Positions 26,501-42,500 of a stretch of DNA of 64,000 nucleotides are shown in pieces; the stretch's first letter is position 1; each line of letters begins with the position of its first letter. The stretch lies in contig OZ059894.1 in the NCBI GenBank assembly GCA_964057225.1, positions 2,418,001-2,482,000 on the forward strand. Direction: 5' to 3'. Source of the DNA: Auanema rhodensis. Taxonomy: Eukaryota > Animalia > Nematoda. The notes below the pieces were generated by a model that was not told where the DNA came from, made no database searches, and worked only from the letters and a program-made list of their open reading frames with translations. The position numbers were made by a program, and so were the translations under genes.

Positions 26501-29500
26501 TAAGCTAGCGCAAATCTGATAACACAGATCGACGCAGCTTAAAAATCCGCATCGAATGCACTATACTACATTGAGAAACGCTCAATACAGAAATTAGTTA
26601 TGATCGTTTGAAAAATGATGAATTAGTGTATGTTGAGTTTCCATGTACACTCAACATTGCTTCCAAAAACATTTTGACAAAAATTTTTTCGAGAAATTTC
26701 AAAATAATTTAGCAAAAAGTAGATGTTTTTAGATTCCTTTTTTCAAGGCGAAGACGATGGACATTGTTATTCAACGAAAAAATTAATTCTTCAGGGTGAA
26801 AATCGAGGATATAAGTGTGAACTTATATCAGTTGATATCTCGGTGCATTTTTAAGCTAGCGCAAATCTGATAACACAGATCGACGCAGCTTAAAAATCCG
26901 CATCAAATGCACTATACTACATTGAGAAACGCTCAATACAAAAATTAGTTATGATCGTTTGAAAAATGATGAATTAGTGTATGTTGAGTTTCCATGTACA
27001 CTCAACATTGCTTCCAAAAACATTTTGACAAAAATTTTTTCGAGAAATTTCAAAATAATTTAGCAAAAAGTAGATGTTTTTAGATTCCTTTTTTCAAGGC
27101 AAAGACAATGGACATTGTTATTCAACGAAAAAATTAATTCTTCACGGTGAAAATCGAGGATATAAGTGTGAACTTATATCAGTTGATATCTCGGTGCATT
27201 TTTAAGCTAGCGCAAATCTGATAACACAGATCGACGCAGCTTAAAAATATGCATCAAATGCACTATACTACATTGAGAAACGCTCAATACAAAAATTAGT
27301 TATGATCGTTTGAAAAATGATGAATTAGTGTATGTTGAGTTTCCATGTACACTCAACATTGCTTCCAAAAACATTTTGACAAAAATTTTTTCGAGAAATT
27401 TCAAAATAATTTAGCAAAAAGTAGATGTTTTTAGATTCCTTTTTTCAAGGCAAAGACAATGGACATTGTTATTCAACGAAAAAATTAATTCTTCACGGTG
27501 AAAATCGAGGATATAAGTGTGAACTTATATCAGTTGATATCTCGGTGCATTTTTAAGCTAGCGCAAATCTGATAACACAGATCGACGCAGCTTAAAAATC
27601 CGCATCAAATGCACTATACTACATTGAGAAACGCTCAATACAAAAATTAGTTATGATCGTTTGAAAAATGATGAATTAGTGTATGTTGAGTTTCCATGTA
27701 CACTCAACATTGCTTCCAAAAACATTTTGACAAAAATTTTTTCGAGAAATTTCAAAATAATTTAGCAAAAAGTAGGTGTTTTTAGATTTCTTTGTTCAAG
27801 GCGAAGACGATGGACATTGTTATTCAACGAAAAAATTAATTCTTCAGGGTGAAAATCGAGGATATAAGTGTGAACATATATCAGTTGATATCTCGGTGCA
27901 TTTTTAAGCTAGCGCAAATCTGATAACACAGTTCGACGCAGCTTAAAAATCCGCATCGAATGCACTATACTACATTGAGAAACGCTCAATACAGAAATTA
28001 GTTATGATCGTTTGAAAAATGATGAATTAGTGTATGTTGAGTTTCCATGTACACTCAACATTGCTTCCAAAAACATTTTGACAAAAATTTTTTCGAGAAA
28101 TTTCAAAATAATTTAGCAAAAAGTAGATGTTTTTAGATCCCTTTTTTCAAGGCGAAGACGATGGACATTGTTATTCAACGAAAAAATTAATTCTTCAGGG
28201 TGAAAATCGAGGATATAAGTGTGAACTTATATCAGTTGATATCTCGGTGCATTTTTAAGCTAGCGCAAATCTGATAACACAGATCGACGCAGCTTAAAAA
28301 TCCGCATCGAATGCACTATACTACATTGAGAAACGCTCAATACAAAAATTAGTTATGATCGTTTGAAAAATGATGCATTAGTGTATGTTGAGTTTCCATG
28401 TACACTCAACATTGCTTCCAAAAACATTTTGACAAAAATTTTTTCGAAAAATTTCAAAATAATGTAGCAAAAAGTAGATGTTTTTAGATTCCTTTTTTTA
28501 AGGCAAAGACGATGGACAATGTTATTCAACGAAAAAATTAATTCTTCAGGGTGAAAATCGAGGATATAAGTAAGAACATATATCAGTTGATATCTCGGTG
28601 CATTTTTAAGCTAGCGCAAATCTGATAACACAGACCGACGCAGCTTAAAAATCCGCATCGAATGCACTATTCTACATTGAGAAACGCTCAATACAAAAAT
28701 TAGTTATGATCGTTTGAAAAATGATGCATTAGTGTATGTTGAGTTTCCATGTACAATCAACATTGCTTCCAAAAACATTTTGACAAAAATTTTTTTGAAA
28801 AATTTCAAAATAATTTAGCAAAAAGTAGATGTTTTCAGATTTTTTTTTTCAAGGCAAAGACGATGGACAATGTTATTCAACGAAAAAATTAATTCTTCAG
28901 GGTGAAATTCGAGGATATAAGTGTGAACTTATATCAGTTGATATCTCGGTGCATTTTTAAGCTAGCGCAAATCTGATAACACAGATCGACGCAGCTTAAA
29001 AATCCGCATCGAATGCACTATACTACATTGAAAAACGCTTAATAAAAAAATTAGTTATGATGGTTTGAAAAATGATGCATTAGTGTATATTGAGTTTCCA
29101 TGTACACTCAACATTGCTTCCAAAAACATTTTGACAAAAATTTTTTCGAAAAATTTCAGAATAATTTAGCAAAAAGTAGATGTTTTTAGATTCCTTTTTT
29201 CAAGGCAAAGACGATGGACATTGTTATTCAACGAAAAAATTAATTCTTCAGGGTGAAAATCGAGGATATAAGTAAGAACATATATCAGTTGATATCTCGG
29301 TGCATTTTTAAGCTAGCGCAAATCTGATAACACAGATCGACGCAGCTTAAAAATCCGCATCGAATGCACTATACTACATTGAGAAACGCTCAATACAAAA
29401 ATTAGTTATGATCGTTTGAAAAATGATGCATTAGTGTATGTTGAGTTTCCATGTACACTCAACATTGCTTCCAAAAACATTTTGACAAAAATTTTTTCGA

Positions 29501-30183
29501 AAAATTTCAAAATAATGTAGCAAAAAGTAGATGTTTTTAGATTCCTTTTTTTAAGGCAAAGACGATGGACAATGTTATTCAACGAAAAAATTAATTCTTC
29601 AGGGTGAAAATCGAGGATATAAGTAAGAACATATATCAGTTGATATCTCGGTGCATTTTTAAGCTAGCGCAAATCTGATAACACAGACCGACGCAGCTTA
29701 AAAATCCGCATCGAATGCACTATTCTACATTGAGAAACGCTCAATACAAAAATTAGTTATGATCGTTTGAAAAATGATGCATTAGTGTATGTTGAGTTTC
29801 CATGTACAATCAACATTGCTTCCAAAAACATTTTGACAAAAATTTTTTCGAAAAATTTCAAAATAATTTAGCAAAAAGTAGATGTTTTCAGATTTTTTTT
29901 TTCAAGGCAAAGACGATGGACAATGTTATTCAACGAAAAAATTAATTCTTCAGGGTGAAAATCGAGGATATAAGTGTGAACTTATATCAGTTGATATCTC
30001 GGTGCATTTTTAAGCTAGCGCAAATCTGATAACACAGATCGACGCAGCTTAAAAATCCGCATCGAATGCACTATACTACATTGAGAAACGCTCAATACAA
30101 AAATTAGTTATGATCGTTTGAAAAATGATGCATTAGTGTATGTTGAGTTTCCATGTACACTCAACATTGCTTCCAAAAACATT

Positions 30184-33100
30184 TTGACAAAAATTTTTTC
30201 GAAAAATTTCAAAATAATGTAGCAAAAAGTAGATGTTTTTAGATTCCTTTTTTTAAGGCAAAGACGATGGACAATGTTATTCAACGAAAAAATTAATTCT
30301 TCAGGGTGAAAATCGAGGATATAAGTAAGAACATATATCAGTTGATATCTCGGTGCATTTTTAAGCTAGCGCAAATCTGATAACACAGACCGACGCAGCT
30401 TAAAAATCCGCATCGAATGCACTATTCTACATTGAGAAACGCTCAATACAAAAATTAGTTATGATCGTTTGAAAAATGATGCATTAGTGTATGTTGAGTT
30501 TCCATGTACAATCAACATTGCTTCCAAAAACATTTTGACAAAAATTTTTTCGAAAAATTTCAAAATAATTTAGCAAAAAGTAGATGTTTTCAGATTTTTT
30601 TTTTCAAGGCAAAGACGATGGACAATGTTATTCAACGAAAAAATTAATTCTTCAGGGTGAAAATCGAGGATATAAGTGTGAACTTATATCAGTTGATATC
30701 TCGGTGCATTTTTAAGCTAGCGCAAATCTGATAACACAGATCGACGCAGCTTAAAAATCCGCATCGAATGCACTATACTACATTGAAAAACGCTTAATAA
30801 AAAAATTAGTTATGATGGTTTGAAAAATGATGCATTAGTGTATATTGAGTTTCCATGTACACTCAACATTGCTTCCAAAAACATTTTGACAAAAATTTTT
30901 TCGAAAAATTTCAGAATAATTTAGCAAAAAGTAGATGTTTTTAGATTCCTTTTTTCAAGGCAAAGACGATGGACATTGTTATTCAACGAAAAAATTAATT
31001 CTTCAGGGTGAAAATCGAGGATATAAGTAAGAACATATATCAGTTGATATCTCGGTGCATTTTTAAGCTAGCGCAAATCTGATAACACAGATCGACGCAG
31101 CTTAAAAATCCGCATCAAATGCACTATACTACATTGAGAAACGCTCAATACAAAAATTAGTTATGATCGTTTGAAAAATGATGAATTAGTGTATGTTGAG
31201 TTTCCATGTACACTCAACATTGCTTCCAAAAACATTTTGACAAAAATTTTTTCGAGAAATTTCAAAATAATTTAGCAAAAAGTAGATGTTTTTAGATTCC
31301 TTTTTTCAAGGCAAAGACAATGGACATTGTTATTCAACGAAAAAATTAATTCTTCACGGTGAAAATCGAGGATATAAGTGTGAACTTATATCAGTTGATA
31401 TCTCGGTGCATTTTTAAGCTAGCGCAAATCTGATAACACAGATCGACGCAGCTTAAAAATCCGCATCAAATGCACTATACTACATTGAGAAACGCTCAAT
31501 ACAAAAATTAGTTATGATCGTTTGAAAAATGATGAATTAGTGTATGTTGAGTTTCCATGTACACTCAACATTGCTTCCAAAAACATTTTGACAAAAATTT
31601 TTTCGAGAAATTTCAAAATAATTTAGCAAAAAGTAGGTGTTTTTAGATTTCTTTGTTCAAGGCGAAGACGATGGACATTGTTATTCAACGAAAAAATTAA
31701 TTCTTCAGGGTGAAAATCGAGGATATAAGTGTGAACATATATCAGTTGATATCTCGGTGCATTTTTAAGCTAGCGCAAATCTGATAACACAGATCGACGC
31801 AGCTTAAAAATCCGCATCGAATGCACTATACTACATTGATAAACGCGCAATACAGAAATTAGTTATGATCGTTTGAAAAATGATGAATTAGTGTATGTTG
31901 AGTTTCCATGTACACTCAACATTGCTTCCAAAAACATTTTGACAAAAATTTTTTCGAGAAATTTCAAAATAATTTAGCAAAAAGTAGATGTTTTTAGATC
32001 CCTTTTTTCAAGGCGAAGACGATGGACATTGTTATTCAACGAAAAAATTAATTCTTCAGGGTGAAAATCGAGGATATAAGTGTGAACTTATATCAGTTGA
32101 TATCTCGGTGCATTTTTAAGCTAGCGCAAATCTGATAACACAGATCGACGCAGCTTAAAAATCCGCATCGAATGCACTATACTACATTGAGAAACGCTCA
32201 ATACAAAAATTAGTTATGATCGTTTGAAAAATGATGCATTAGTGTATGTTGAGTTTCCATGTACACTCAACATTGCTTCCAAAAACATTTTGACAAAAAT
32301 TTTTTCGAAAAATTTCAAAATAATGTAGCAAAAAGTAGATGTTTTTAGATTCCTTTTTTTAAGGCAAAGACGATGGACAATGTTATTCAACGAAAAAATT
32401 AATTCTTCAGGGTGAAAATCGAGGATATAAGTAAGAACATATATCAGTTGATATCTCGGTGCATTTTTAAGCTAGCGCAAATCTGATAACACAGACCGAC
32501 GCAGCTTAAAAATCCGCATCGAATGCACTATTCTACATTGAGAAACGCTCAATACAAAAATTAGTTATGATCGTTTGAAAAATGATGCATTAGTGTATGT
32601 TGAGTTTCCATGTACAATCAACATTGCTTCCAAAAACATTTTGACAAAAATTTTTTCGAAAAATTTCAAAATAATTTAGCAAAAAGTAGATGTTTTCAGA
32701 TTTTTTTTTTCAAGGCAAAGACGATGGACAATGTTATTCAACGAAAAAATTAATTCTTCAGGGTGAAAATCGAGGATATAAGTGTGAACATATATCAGTT
32801 GATATCTCGGTGCATTTTCAAGCTAGCGCAAATCTGATAACACAGATCGACGCAGCTTAAAAATCCGCATCGAATGCACTATACTACATTGATAAACGCG
32901 CAATACAGAAATTAGTTATGATCGTTTGAAAAATGATGAATTAGTGTATGTTGAGTTTCCATGTACACTCAACATTGCTTCCAAAAACATTTTGACAAAA
33001 ATTTTTTCGAGAAATTTCAAAATAATTTAGCAAAAAGTAGATGTTTTCAGATTTTTTTTTTCAAGGCAAAGACGATGGACAATGTTATTCAACGAAAAAA

Positions 33101-36100
33101 TTAATTCTTCAGGGTGAAAATCGAGGATATAAGTGTGAACATATATCAGTTGATATCTCGGTGCATTTTTAAGCTAGCGCAAATCTGATAACACAGATCG
33201 ACGCAGCTTAAAAATCCGCATCGAATGCACTATACTACATTGAGAAACGCTCAATACAAAAATTAGTTATGATCGTTTGAAAAATGATGCATTAGTGTAT
33301 GTTGAGTTTCCATGTACACTCAACATTGCTTCCAAAAACATTTTGACAAAAATTTTTTCGAAAAATTTCAAAATAATGTAGCAAAAAGTAGATGTTTTTA
33401 GATTCCTTTTTTTAAGGCAAAGACGATGGACAATGTTATTCAACGAAAAAATTAATTCTTCAGGGTGAAAATCGAGGATATAAGTAAGAACATATATCAG
33501 TTGATATCTCGGTGCATTTTTAAGCTAGCGCAAATCTGATAACACAGACCGACGCAGCTTAAAAATCCGCATCGAATGCACTATTCTACATTGAGAAACG
33601 CTCAATACAAAAATTAGTTATGATCGTTTGAAAAATGATGCATTAGTGTATGTTGAGTTTCCATGTACAATCAACATTGCTTCCAAAAACATTTTGACAA
33701 AAATTTTTTCGAAAAATTTCAAAATAATTTAGCAAAAAGTAGATGTTTTCAGATTTTTTTTTTCAAGGCAAAGACGATGGACAATGTTATTCAACGAAAA
33801 AATTAATTCTTCAGGGTGAAAATCGAGGATATAAGTGTGAACTTATATCAGTTGATATCTCGGTGCATTTTTAAGCTAGCGCAAATCTGATAACACAGAT
33901 CGACGCAGCTTAAAAATCCGCATCGAATGCACTATACTACATTGAAAAACGCTTAATAAAAAAATTAGTTATGATGGTTTGAAAAATGATGCATTAGTGT
34001 ATATTGAGTTTCCATGTACACTCAACATTGCTTCCAAAAACATTTTGACAAAAATTTTTTCGAAAAATTTCAGAATAATTTAGCAAAAAGTAGATGTTTT
34101 TAGATTCCTTTTTTCAAGGCAAAGACGATGGACATTGTTATTCAACGAAAAAATTAATTCTTCAGGGTGAAAATCGAGGATATAAGTAAGAACATATATC
34201 AGTTGATATCTCGGTGCATTTTTAAGCTAGCGCAAATCTGATAACACAGATCGACGCAGCTTAAAAATCCGCATCAAATGCACTATACTACATTGAGAAA
34301 CGCTCAATACAAAAATTAGTTATGATCGTTTGAAAAATGATGAATTAGTGTATGTTGAGTTTCCATGTACACTCAACATTGCTTCCAAAAACATTTTGAC
34401 AAAAATTTTTTCGAGAAATTTCAAAATAATTTAGCAAAAAGTAGATGTTTTTAGATTCCTTTTTTCAAGGCAAAGACAATGGACATTGTTATTCAACGAA
34501 AAAATTAATTCTTCACGGTGAAAATCGAGGATATAAGTGTGAACTTATATCAGTTGATATCTCGGTGCATTTTTAAGCTAGCGCAAATCTGATAACACAG
34601 ATCGACGCAGCTTAAAAATCCGCATCAAATGCACTATACTACATTGAGAAACGCTCAATACAAAAATTAGTTATGATCGTTTGAAAAATGATGAATTAGT
34701 GTATGTTGAGTTTCCATGTACACTCAACATTGCTTCCAAAAACATTTTGACAAAAATTTTTTCGAGAAATTTCAAAATAATTTAGCAAAAAGTAGGTGTT
34801 TTTAGATTTCTTTGTTCAAGGCGAAGACGATGGACATTGTTATTCAACGAAAAAATTAATTCTTCAGGGTGAAAATCGAGGATATAAGTGTGAACATATA
34901 TCAGTTGATATCTCGGTGCATTTTTAAGCTAGCGCAAATCTGATAACACAGATCGACGCAGCTTAAAAATCCGCATCGAATGCACTATACTACATTGATA
35001 AACGCGCAATACAGAAATTAGTTATGATCGTTTGAAAAATGATGAATTAGTGTATGTTGAGTTTCCATGTACACTCAACATTGCTTCCAAAAACATTTTG
35101 ACAAAAATTTTTTCGAGAAATTTCAAAATAATTTAGCAAAAAGTAGATGTTTTTAGATCCCTTTTTTCAAGGCGAAGACGATGGACATTGTTATTCAACG
35201 AAAAAATTAATTCTTCAGGGTGAAAATCGAGGATATAAGTGTGAACTTATATCAGTTGATATCTCGGTGCATTTTTAAGCTAGCGCAAATCTGATAACAC
35301 AGATCGACGCAGCTTAAAAATCCGCATCGAATGCACTATACTACATTGAGAAACGCTCAATACAAAAATTAGTTATGATCGTTTGAAAAATGATGCATTA
35401 GTGTATGTTGAGTTTCCATGTACACTCAACATTGCTTCCAAAAACATTTTGACAAAAATTTTTTCGAAAAATTTCAAAATAATGTAGCAAAAAGTAGATG
35501 TTTTTAGATTCCTTTTTTTAAGGCAAAGACGATGGACAATGTTATTCAACGAAAAAATTAATTCTTCAGGGTGAAAATCGAGGATATAAGTAAGAACATA
35601 TATCAGTTGATATCTCGGTGCATTTTTAAGCTAGCGCAAATCTGATAACACAGACCGACGCAGCTTAAAAATCCGCATCGAATGCACTATTCTACATTGA
35701 GAAACGCTCAATACAAAAATTAGTTATGATCGTTTGAAAAATGATGCATTAGTGTATGTTGAGTTTCCATGTACAATCAACATTGCTTCCAAAAACATTT
35801 TGACAAAAATTTTTTCGAAAAATTTCAAAATAATTTAGCAAAAAGTAGATGTTTTCAGATTTTTTTTTTCGAGGCAAAGACGATGGACAATGTTATTCAA
35901 CGAAAAAATTAATTCTTCAGGGTGAAAATCGAGGATATAAGTGTGAACATATATCAGTTGATATCTCGGTGCATTTTTAAGCTAGCGCAAATCTGATAAC
36001 ACAGATCGACGCAGCTTAAAAATCCGCATCGAATGCACTATACTACATTGATAAACGCGCAATACAGAAATTAGTTATGATCGTTTGAAAAATGATGAAT

Positions 36101-36501
36101 TAGTGTATGTTGAGTTTCCATGTACACTCAACATTGCTTCCAAAAACATTTTGACAAAAATTTTTTCGAGAAATTTCAAAATAATTTAGCAAAAAGTAGA
36201 TGTTTTTAGATCCCTTTTTTCAAGGCGAAGACGATGGACATTGTTATTCAACGAAAAAATTAATTCTTCAGGGTGAAAATCGAGGATATAAGTGTGAACT
36301 TATATCAGTTGATATCTCGGTGCATTTTTAAGCTAGCGCAAATCTGATAACACAGATCGACGCAGCTTAAAAATCCGCATCGAATGCACTATACTACATT
36401 GAGAAACGCTCAATACAAAAATTAGTTATGATCGTTTGAAAAATGATGCATTAGTGTATGTTGAGTTTCCATGTACACTCAACATTGCTTCCAAAAACAT
36501 T
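30184..36501. repeat. 9-monomer (6+3) higher-order duplication (period 3159 bp)
   Basis: The AATGTAGC/TTTTTTAAGG monomer starts at 30184, 32290, 33343, 35449 and 36502. GACAATGG, GATAAACGCGC and GATCCC variants repeat at +3159. The ninth monomer differs between the copies. Confidence 0.75.
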
Positions 36502-39500
36502 TTGACAAAAATTTTTTCGAAAAATTTCAAAATAATGTAGCAAAAAGTAGATGTTTTTAGATTCCTTTTTTTAAGGCAAAGACGATGGACAATGTTATTC
36601 AACGAAAAAATTAATTCTTCAGGGTGAAAATCGAGGATATAAGTAAGAACATATATCAGTTGATATCTCGGTGCATTTTTAAGCTAGCGCAAATCTGATA
36701 ACACAGACCGACGCAGCTTAAAAATCCGCATCGAATGCACTATTCTACATTGAGAAACGCTCAATACAAAAATTAGTTATGATCGTTTGAAAAATGATGC
36801 ATTAGTGTATGTTGAGTTTCCATGTACAATCAACATTGCTTCCAAAAACATTTTGACAAAAATTTTTTCGAAAAATTTCAAAATAATTTAGCAAAAAGTA
36901 GATGTTTTCAGATTTTTTTTTTCAAGGCAAAGACGATGGACAATGTTATTCAACGAAAAAATTAATTCTTCAGGGTGAAAATCGAGGATATAAGTGTGAA
37001 CTTATATCAGTTGATATCTCGGTGCATTTTTAAGCTAGCGCAAATCTGATAACACAGATCGACGCAGCTTAAAAATCCGCATCGAATGCACTATTCTACA
37101 TTGAAAAACGCTTAAAAAAAAATTAGTTATGATGGTTTGAAAAATGATGCATTAGTGTATATTGAGTTTCCATGTACACTCAACATTGCTTCCAAAAACA
37201 TTTTGACAAAAATTTTTTCGAAAAATTTCAGAATAATTTAGCAAAAAGTAGATGTTTTTAGATTCCTTTTTTCAAGGCAAAGACGATGGACATTGTTATT
37301 CAACGAAAAAATTAATTCTTCAGGGTGAAAATCGAGGATATAAGTAAGAACATATATCAGTTGATATCTCGGTGCATTTTTAAGCTAGCGCAAATCTGAT
37401 AACACAGATCGACGCAGCTTAAAAATCCGCATCAAATGCACTATACTACATTGAGAAACGCTTAATACAAAAATTAGTTATGATCGTTTGAAAAATGATG
37501 CATTAGTGTATGTTGAGTTTCCATGTACACTCAACATTGCTTCCAAAAACATTTTGACAAAAATTTTTTCGAAAAATTTCGAAATAATTTAGCAAAAAGT
37601 AGATGTTTTTAGATTCCTTTTTTCAAGGCAAAGACGATGGACATTGTTATTCAACGAAAAAATTAATTCTTCAGGGTGAAAATCGAGGATATAAGTGTGA
37701 ACTTATATCAGTTGATATCTCGGTGCATTTTTAAGCTAGCGCAAATCTGATAACACAGATCGACGCAGCTTAAAAATCCGCATCGAATGCACTATACTAC
37801 ATTGAAAAACGCTTAATAAAAAAATTAGTTATGATGGTTTGAAAAATGATGCATCAGTGTATATTGAGTTTCCATGTACACTCAACATTGCTTCCAAAAA
37901 CATTTTGACAAAAATTTTTTCGAAAAATTTCAGAATAATTTAGCAAAAAGTAGATGTTTTTAGATTCCTTTTTTCAAGGCAAAGACGATGGACATTGTTA
38001 TTCAACGAAAAAATTAATTCTTCAGGGTGAAAATCGAGGATATAAGTAAGAACATATATCAGTTAATATCTCGGTGCATTTTTAAGCTAGCGCAAATCTG
38101 ATAACACAGATCGATGCAGCTTAAAAATCCGCATCAAATGCACTATACCACATTGAGAAACGTTCAATACAAAAATTAGTTATGATCGTTTGAAAAATGA
38201 TGAATTAGTGTATGTTGAGTTTCCATGTACACTCAACATTGCTTCCAAAAACATTTTGACAAAAATTTTTTCGAGAAATTTCAAAATAATTTAGCAAAAA
38301 GTAGATGTTTTTAGATTCCTTTTTTCAAGGCGAAGACGATGGACATTGTTATTCAACGAAAAAATTAATTCTTCAGGGTGAAAATCGAGGATATAAGTGT
38401 GAACTTATATCAGTTGATATCTCGGTGCATTTTTAAGCTAGCGCAAATCTGATAACACAGATCGACGCAGCTTAAAAATCCGCATCGAATGCACTATACT
38501 ACATTGAGAAACGCTTAATACAAAAATTAGTTATGATCGTTTGAAAAATGATGCATTAGTGTATGTTGAGTTTCCATGTACACTCAACATTGCTTCCAAA
38601 AACATTTTGACAAAAATTTTTTCGAAAAATTTCGAAATAATTTAGCAAAAAGTAGATGTTTTTAGATTCCTTTTTTCAAGGCAAAGACGATGGACATTGT
38701 TATTCAACGAAAAAATTAATTCTTCAGGGTGAAAATCGAGGATATAAGTAAGAACATATATCAGTTGATATCTCGGTGCATTTTTAAGCTAGCGCAAATC
38801 TGATAACACAGATCGACGCAGCTTAAAAATCCGTATCAAATGCACTATACTACATTGAGAAACGTTCAATACAAAAATTAGTTATGATCGTTTGAAAAAT
38901 GATGAATTAGTGTATGTTGAGTTTCCATGTACACTCAACATTGCTTCCAAAAACATTTTGACAAAAATTTTTTCGAGAAATTTCAAAATAATTTAGCAAA
39001 AAGTAGATGTTTTTAGATTCCTTTTTTCAAGGCGAAGACGATGGACATTGTTATTCAACGAAAAAATTAATTCTTCAGGGTGAAAATCGAGGATATAAGT
39101 GTGAACTTATATCAGTTGATATCTCGGTGCATTTTTAAGCTAGCGCAAATCTGATAACACAGATCGACGCAGCTTAAAAATCCGCATCGAATGCACTATA
39201 CTACATTGAGAAACGCTTAATACAAAAATTAGTTATGATCGTTTGAAAAATGATGCATTAGTGTATGTTGAGTTTCCATGTACACTCAACATTGCTTCCA
39301 AAAACATTTTGACAAAAATTTTTTCGAAAAATTTCGGAATAATTTAGCAAAAAGTAGATGTTTTTAGATTCCTTTTTTCAAGGCAAAGACGATGGACATT
39401 GTTATTCAACGAAAAAATTAATTCTTCAGGGTGAAAATCGAGGATATAAGTAAGAACATATATCAGTTGATATCTCGGTGCATTTTTAAGCTAGCGCAAA

Positions 39501-42500
39501 TCTGATAACACAGATCGACGCAGCTTAAAAATCCGCATCAAATGCACTATACTACATTGAGAAACGTTCAATACAAAAATTAGTTATGATCGTTTGAAAA
39601 ATGATGAATTAGTGTATGTTGAGTTTCCATGTACACTCAACATTGCTTCCAAAAACATTTTGACAAAAATTTTTTCGAGAAATTTCAAAATAATTTAGCA
39701 AAAAGTAGATGTTTTTAGATTCCTTTTTTCAAGGCGAAGACGATGGACATTGTTATTCAACGAAAAAATTAATTCTTCAGGGTGAAAATCGAGGATATAA
39801 GTGTGAACTTATATCAGTTGATATCTCGGTGCATTTTTAAGCTAGCGCAAATCTGATAACACAGATCGACGCAGCTTAAAAATCCGCATCGAATGCACTA
39901 TACTACATTGAGAAACGCTTAATACAAAAATTAGTTATGATCGTTTGAAAAATGATGCATTAGTGTATGTTGAGTTTCCATGTACACTCAACATTGCTTC
40001 CAAAAACATTTTGACAAAAATTTTTTCGAAAAATTTCGAAATAATTTAGCAAAAAGTAGATGTTTTTAGATTCCTTTTTTCAAGGCAAAGACGATGGACA
40101 TTGTTATTCAACGAAAAAATCAATTCTTCAGGGTGAAAATCGAGGATCTAAGTGTGAACTTATATCAGTTGATATCTCGGTGCATTTTTAAGCTAGCGCA
40201 AATCTGATAACACAGATCGACGCAGCTTGAAAATCCGCATCGAATGCACTATACTACATTGAGAAACGCTCAATACAAAATGTAGTTATGATCGTTTGAA
40301 AAATGATGCATTAGTGTATGTTGAGTTTCCATGTACACTCAACATTGCTTCCAAAAACATTTTGACAAAAATTTTTTCGAAAAATTTCAAAATAATTTAG
40401 CAAGAAGTAGATGTTTTTAGATTCCTTTTTTCAAGGCAAAGACGATGGACAATGTTATTCAACGAAAAAATAATTTCTTCAGGGTGAAAATCGAGGATAT
40501 AAGTGTGAACTTATATCAGTTGATATCTCGGTGCATTTTTAAGCTAGCGCAAATCTGATAACACAGATCGACGCAGCTTAAAAATCCGCATCAAATGCAC
40601 TCTACTACATTGAGAAACGCTCAATACAAAAATTAGTTATGATCGTTTGAAAAATGATGAATTAGTGTATGTTGAGTTTCCATGTACACTCAACATTGCT
40701 TCCAAAAACATTTTGACAAAAATTTTTTCGAGAAATTTCAAAATAATTTAGCAGAAAGTAGATGTTTTTAGATTCCTTTTTTCAAGGCAAAGACGATGGA
40801 CATTGTTATTCAACGAAAAAATTAATTCTTCACGGTGAAAATCGAGGATATAAGTGTGAACTTATATCAGTTGATATCTCGGTGCATTTTTAAGCTAGCG
40901 CAAATCTGATAACACAGATCGACGCAGCTTAAAAATCCGCATCAAATGCACTCTACTACATTGAGAAACGCTCAATACAAAAATTAGTTATGATCGTTTG
41001 AAAAATGATGAATTAGTGTATGTTGAGTTTCCATGTACACTCAACATTGCTTCCAAAAACATTTTGACAAAACTTTTTTCGAGAAATTTCAAAATAATTT
41101 AGCAGAAAGTAGATGTTTTTAGATTCCTTTTTTCAAGGCAAAGACGATGGACATTGTTATTCAACGAAAAAATTAATTCTTCACGGTGAAAATCGAGGAT
41201 ATAAGTGTGAACTTATATCAGTTGATATCTCGGTGCATTTTTAAGCTAGCGCAAATCTGATAACACAGATCGACGCAGCTTAAAAATCCGCATCAAATGC
41301 ACTATACTACATTGAGAAACGCTCAATACAAAAATTAGTTATGATCGTTTGAAAAATGATGAATTAGTGTATGTTGAGTTTCCATGTACACTCAACATTG
41401 CTTCCAAAAACATTTTGACAAAAATTTTTTCGAGAAATTTCAAAATAATTTAGCAAAAAGTAGGTGTTTTTAGATTTCTTTGTTCAAGGCAAAGACGATG
41501 GACATTGTTATTCAACGAAAAAATTAATTCTTCAGGGTGAAAATCGAGGATATAAGTGTGAACATATATCAGTTGATATCTCGGTGCATTTTTAAGCTAG
41601 CGCAAATCTGATAACACAGATCGACGCAGCTTAAAAATCCGCATCGAATGCACTATACTACATTGAGAAACGCTCAATACAGAAATTAGTTATGATCGTT
41701 TGAAAAATGATGAATTAGTGTATGTTGAGTTTCCATGTACACTCAACATTGCTTCCAAAAACATTTTGACAAAAATTTTTTCGAGAAATTTCAAAATAAT
41801 TTAGCAAAAAGTAGGTGTTTTTAGATTTCTTTGTTCAAGGCGAAGACGATGGACATTGTTATTCAACGAAAAAATTAATTCTTCAGGGTGAAAATCGAGG
41901 ATATAAGTGTGAACATATATCAGTTGATATCTCGGTGCATTTTTAAGCTAGCGCAAATCTGATAACACAGATCGACGCAGCTTAAAAATCCGCATCGAAT
42001 GCACTATACTACATTGATAAACGCTCAATACAGAAATTAGTTATGATCGTTTGAAAAATGATGAATTAGTGTATGTTGAGTTTCCATGTACACTCAACAT
42101 TGCTTCCAAAAACATTTTGACAAAAATTTTTTCGAGAAATTTCAAAATAATTTAGCAAAAAGTAGATGTTTTCAGATTTTTTTTTTCAAGGCAAAGACGA
42201 TGGACAATGTTATTCAACGAAAAAATTAATTCTTCAGGGTGAAAATCGAGAATATAAGTGTGAACTTATATCAGTTGATATCTCGGTGCATTTTTAAGCT
42301 AGCGCAAATCTGATAACACAGATCGACGCAGCTTAAAAATCCGCATCGAATGCACTATACTACATTGAAAAACGCTTAATAAAAAAATTAGTTATGATGG
42401 TTTGAAAAATGATGCATTAGTGTATATTGAGTTTCCATGTACACTCAACATTGCTTCCAAAAACATTTTGACAAAAATTTTTTCGAAAAATTTCAGAATA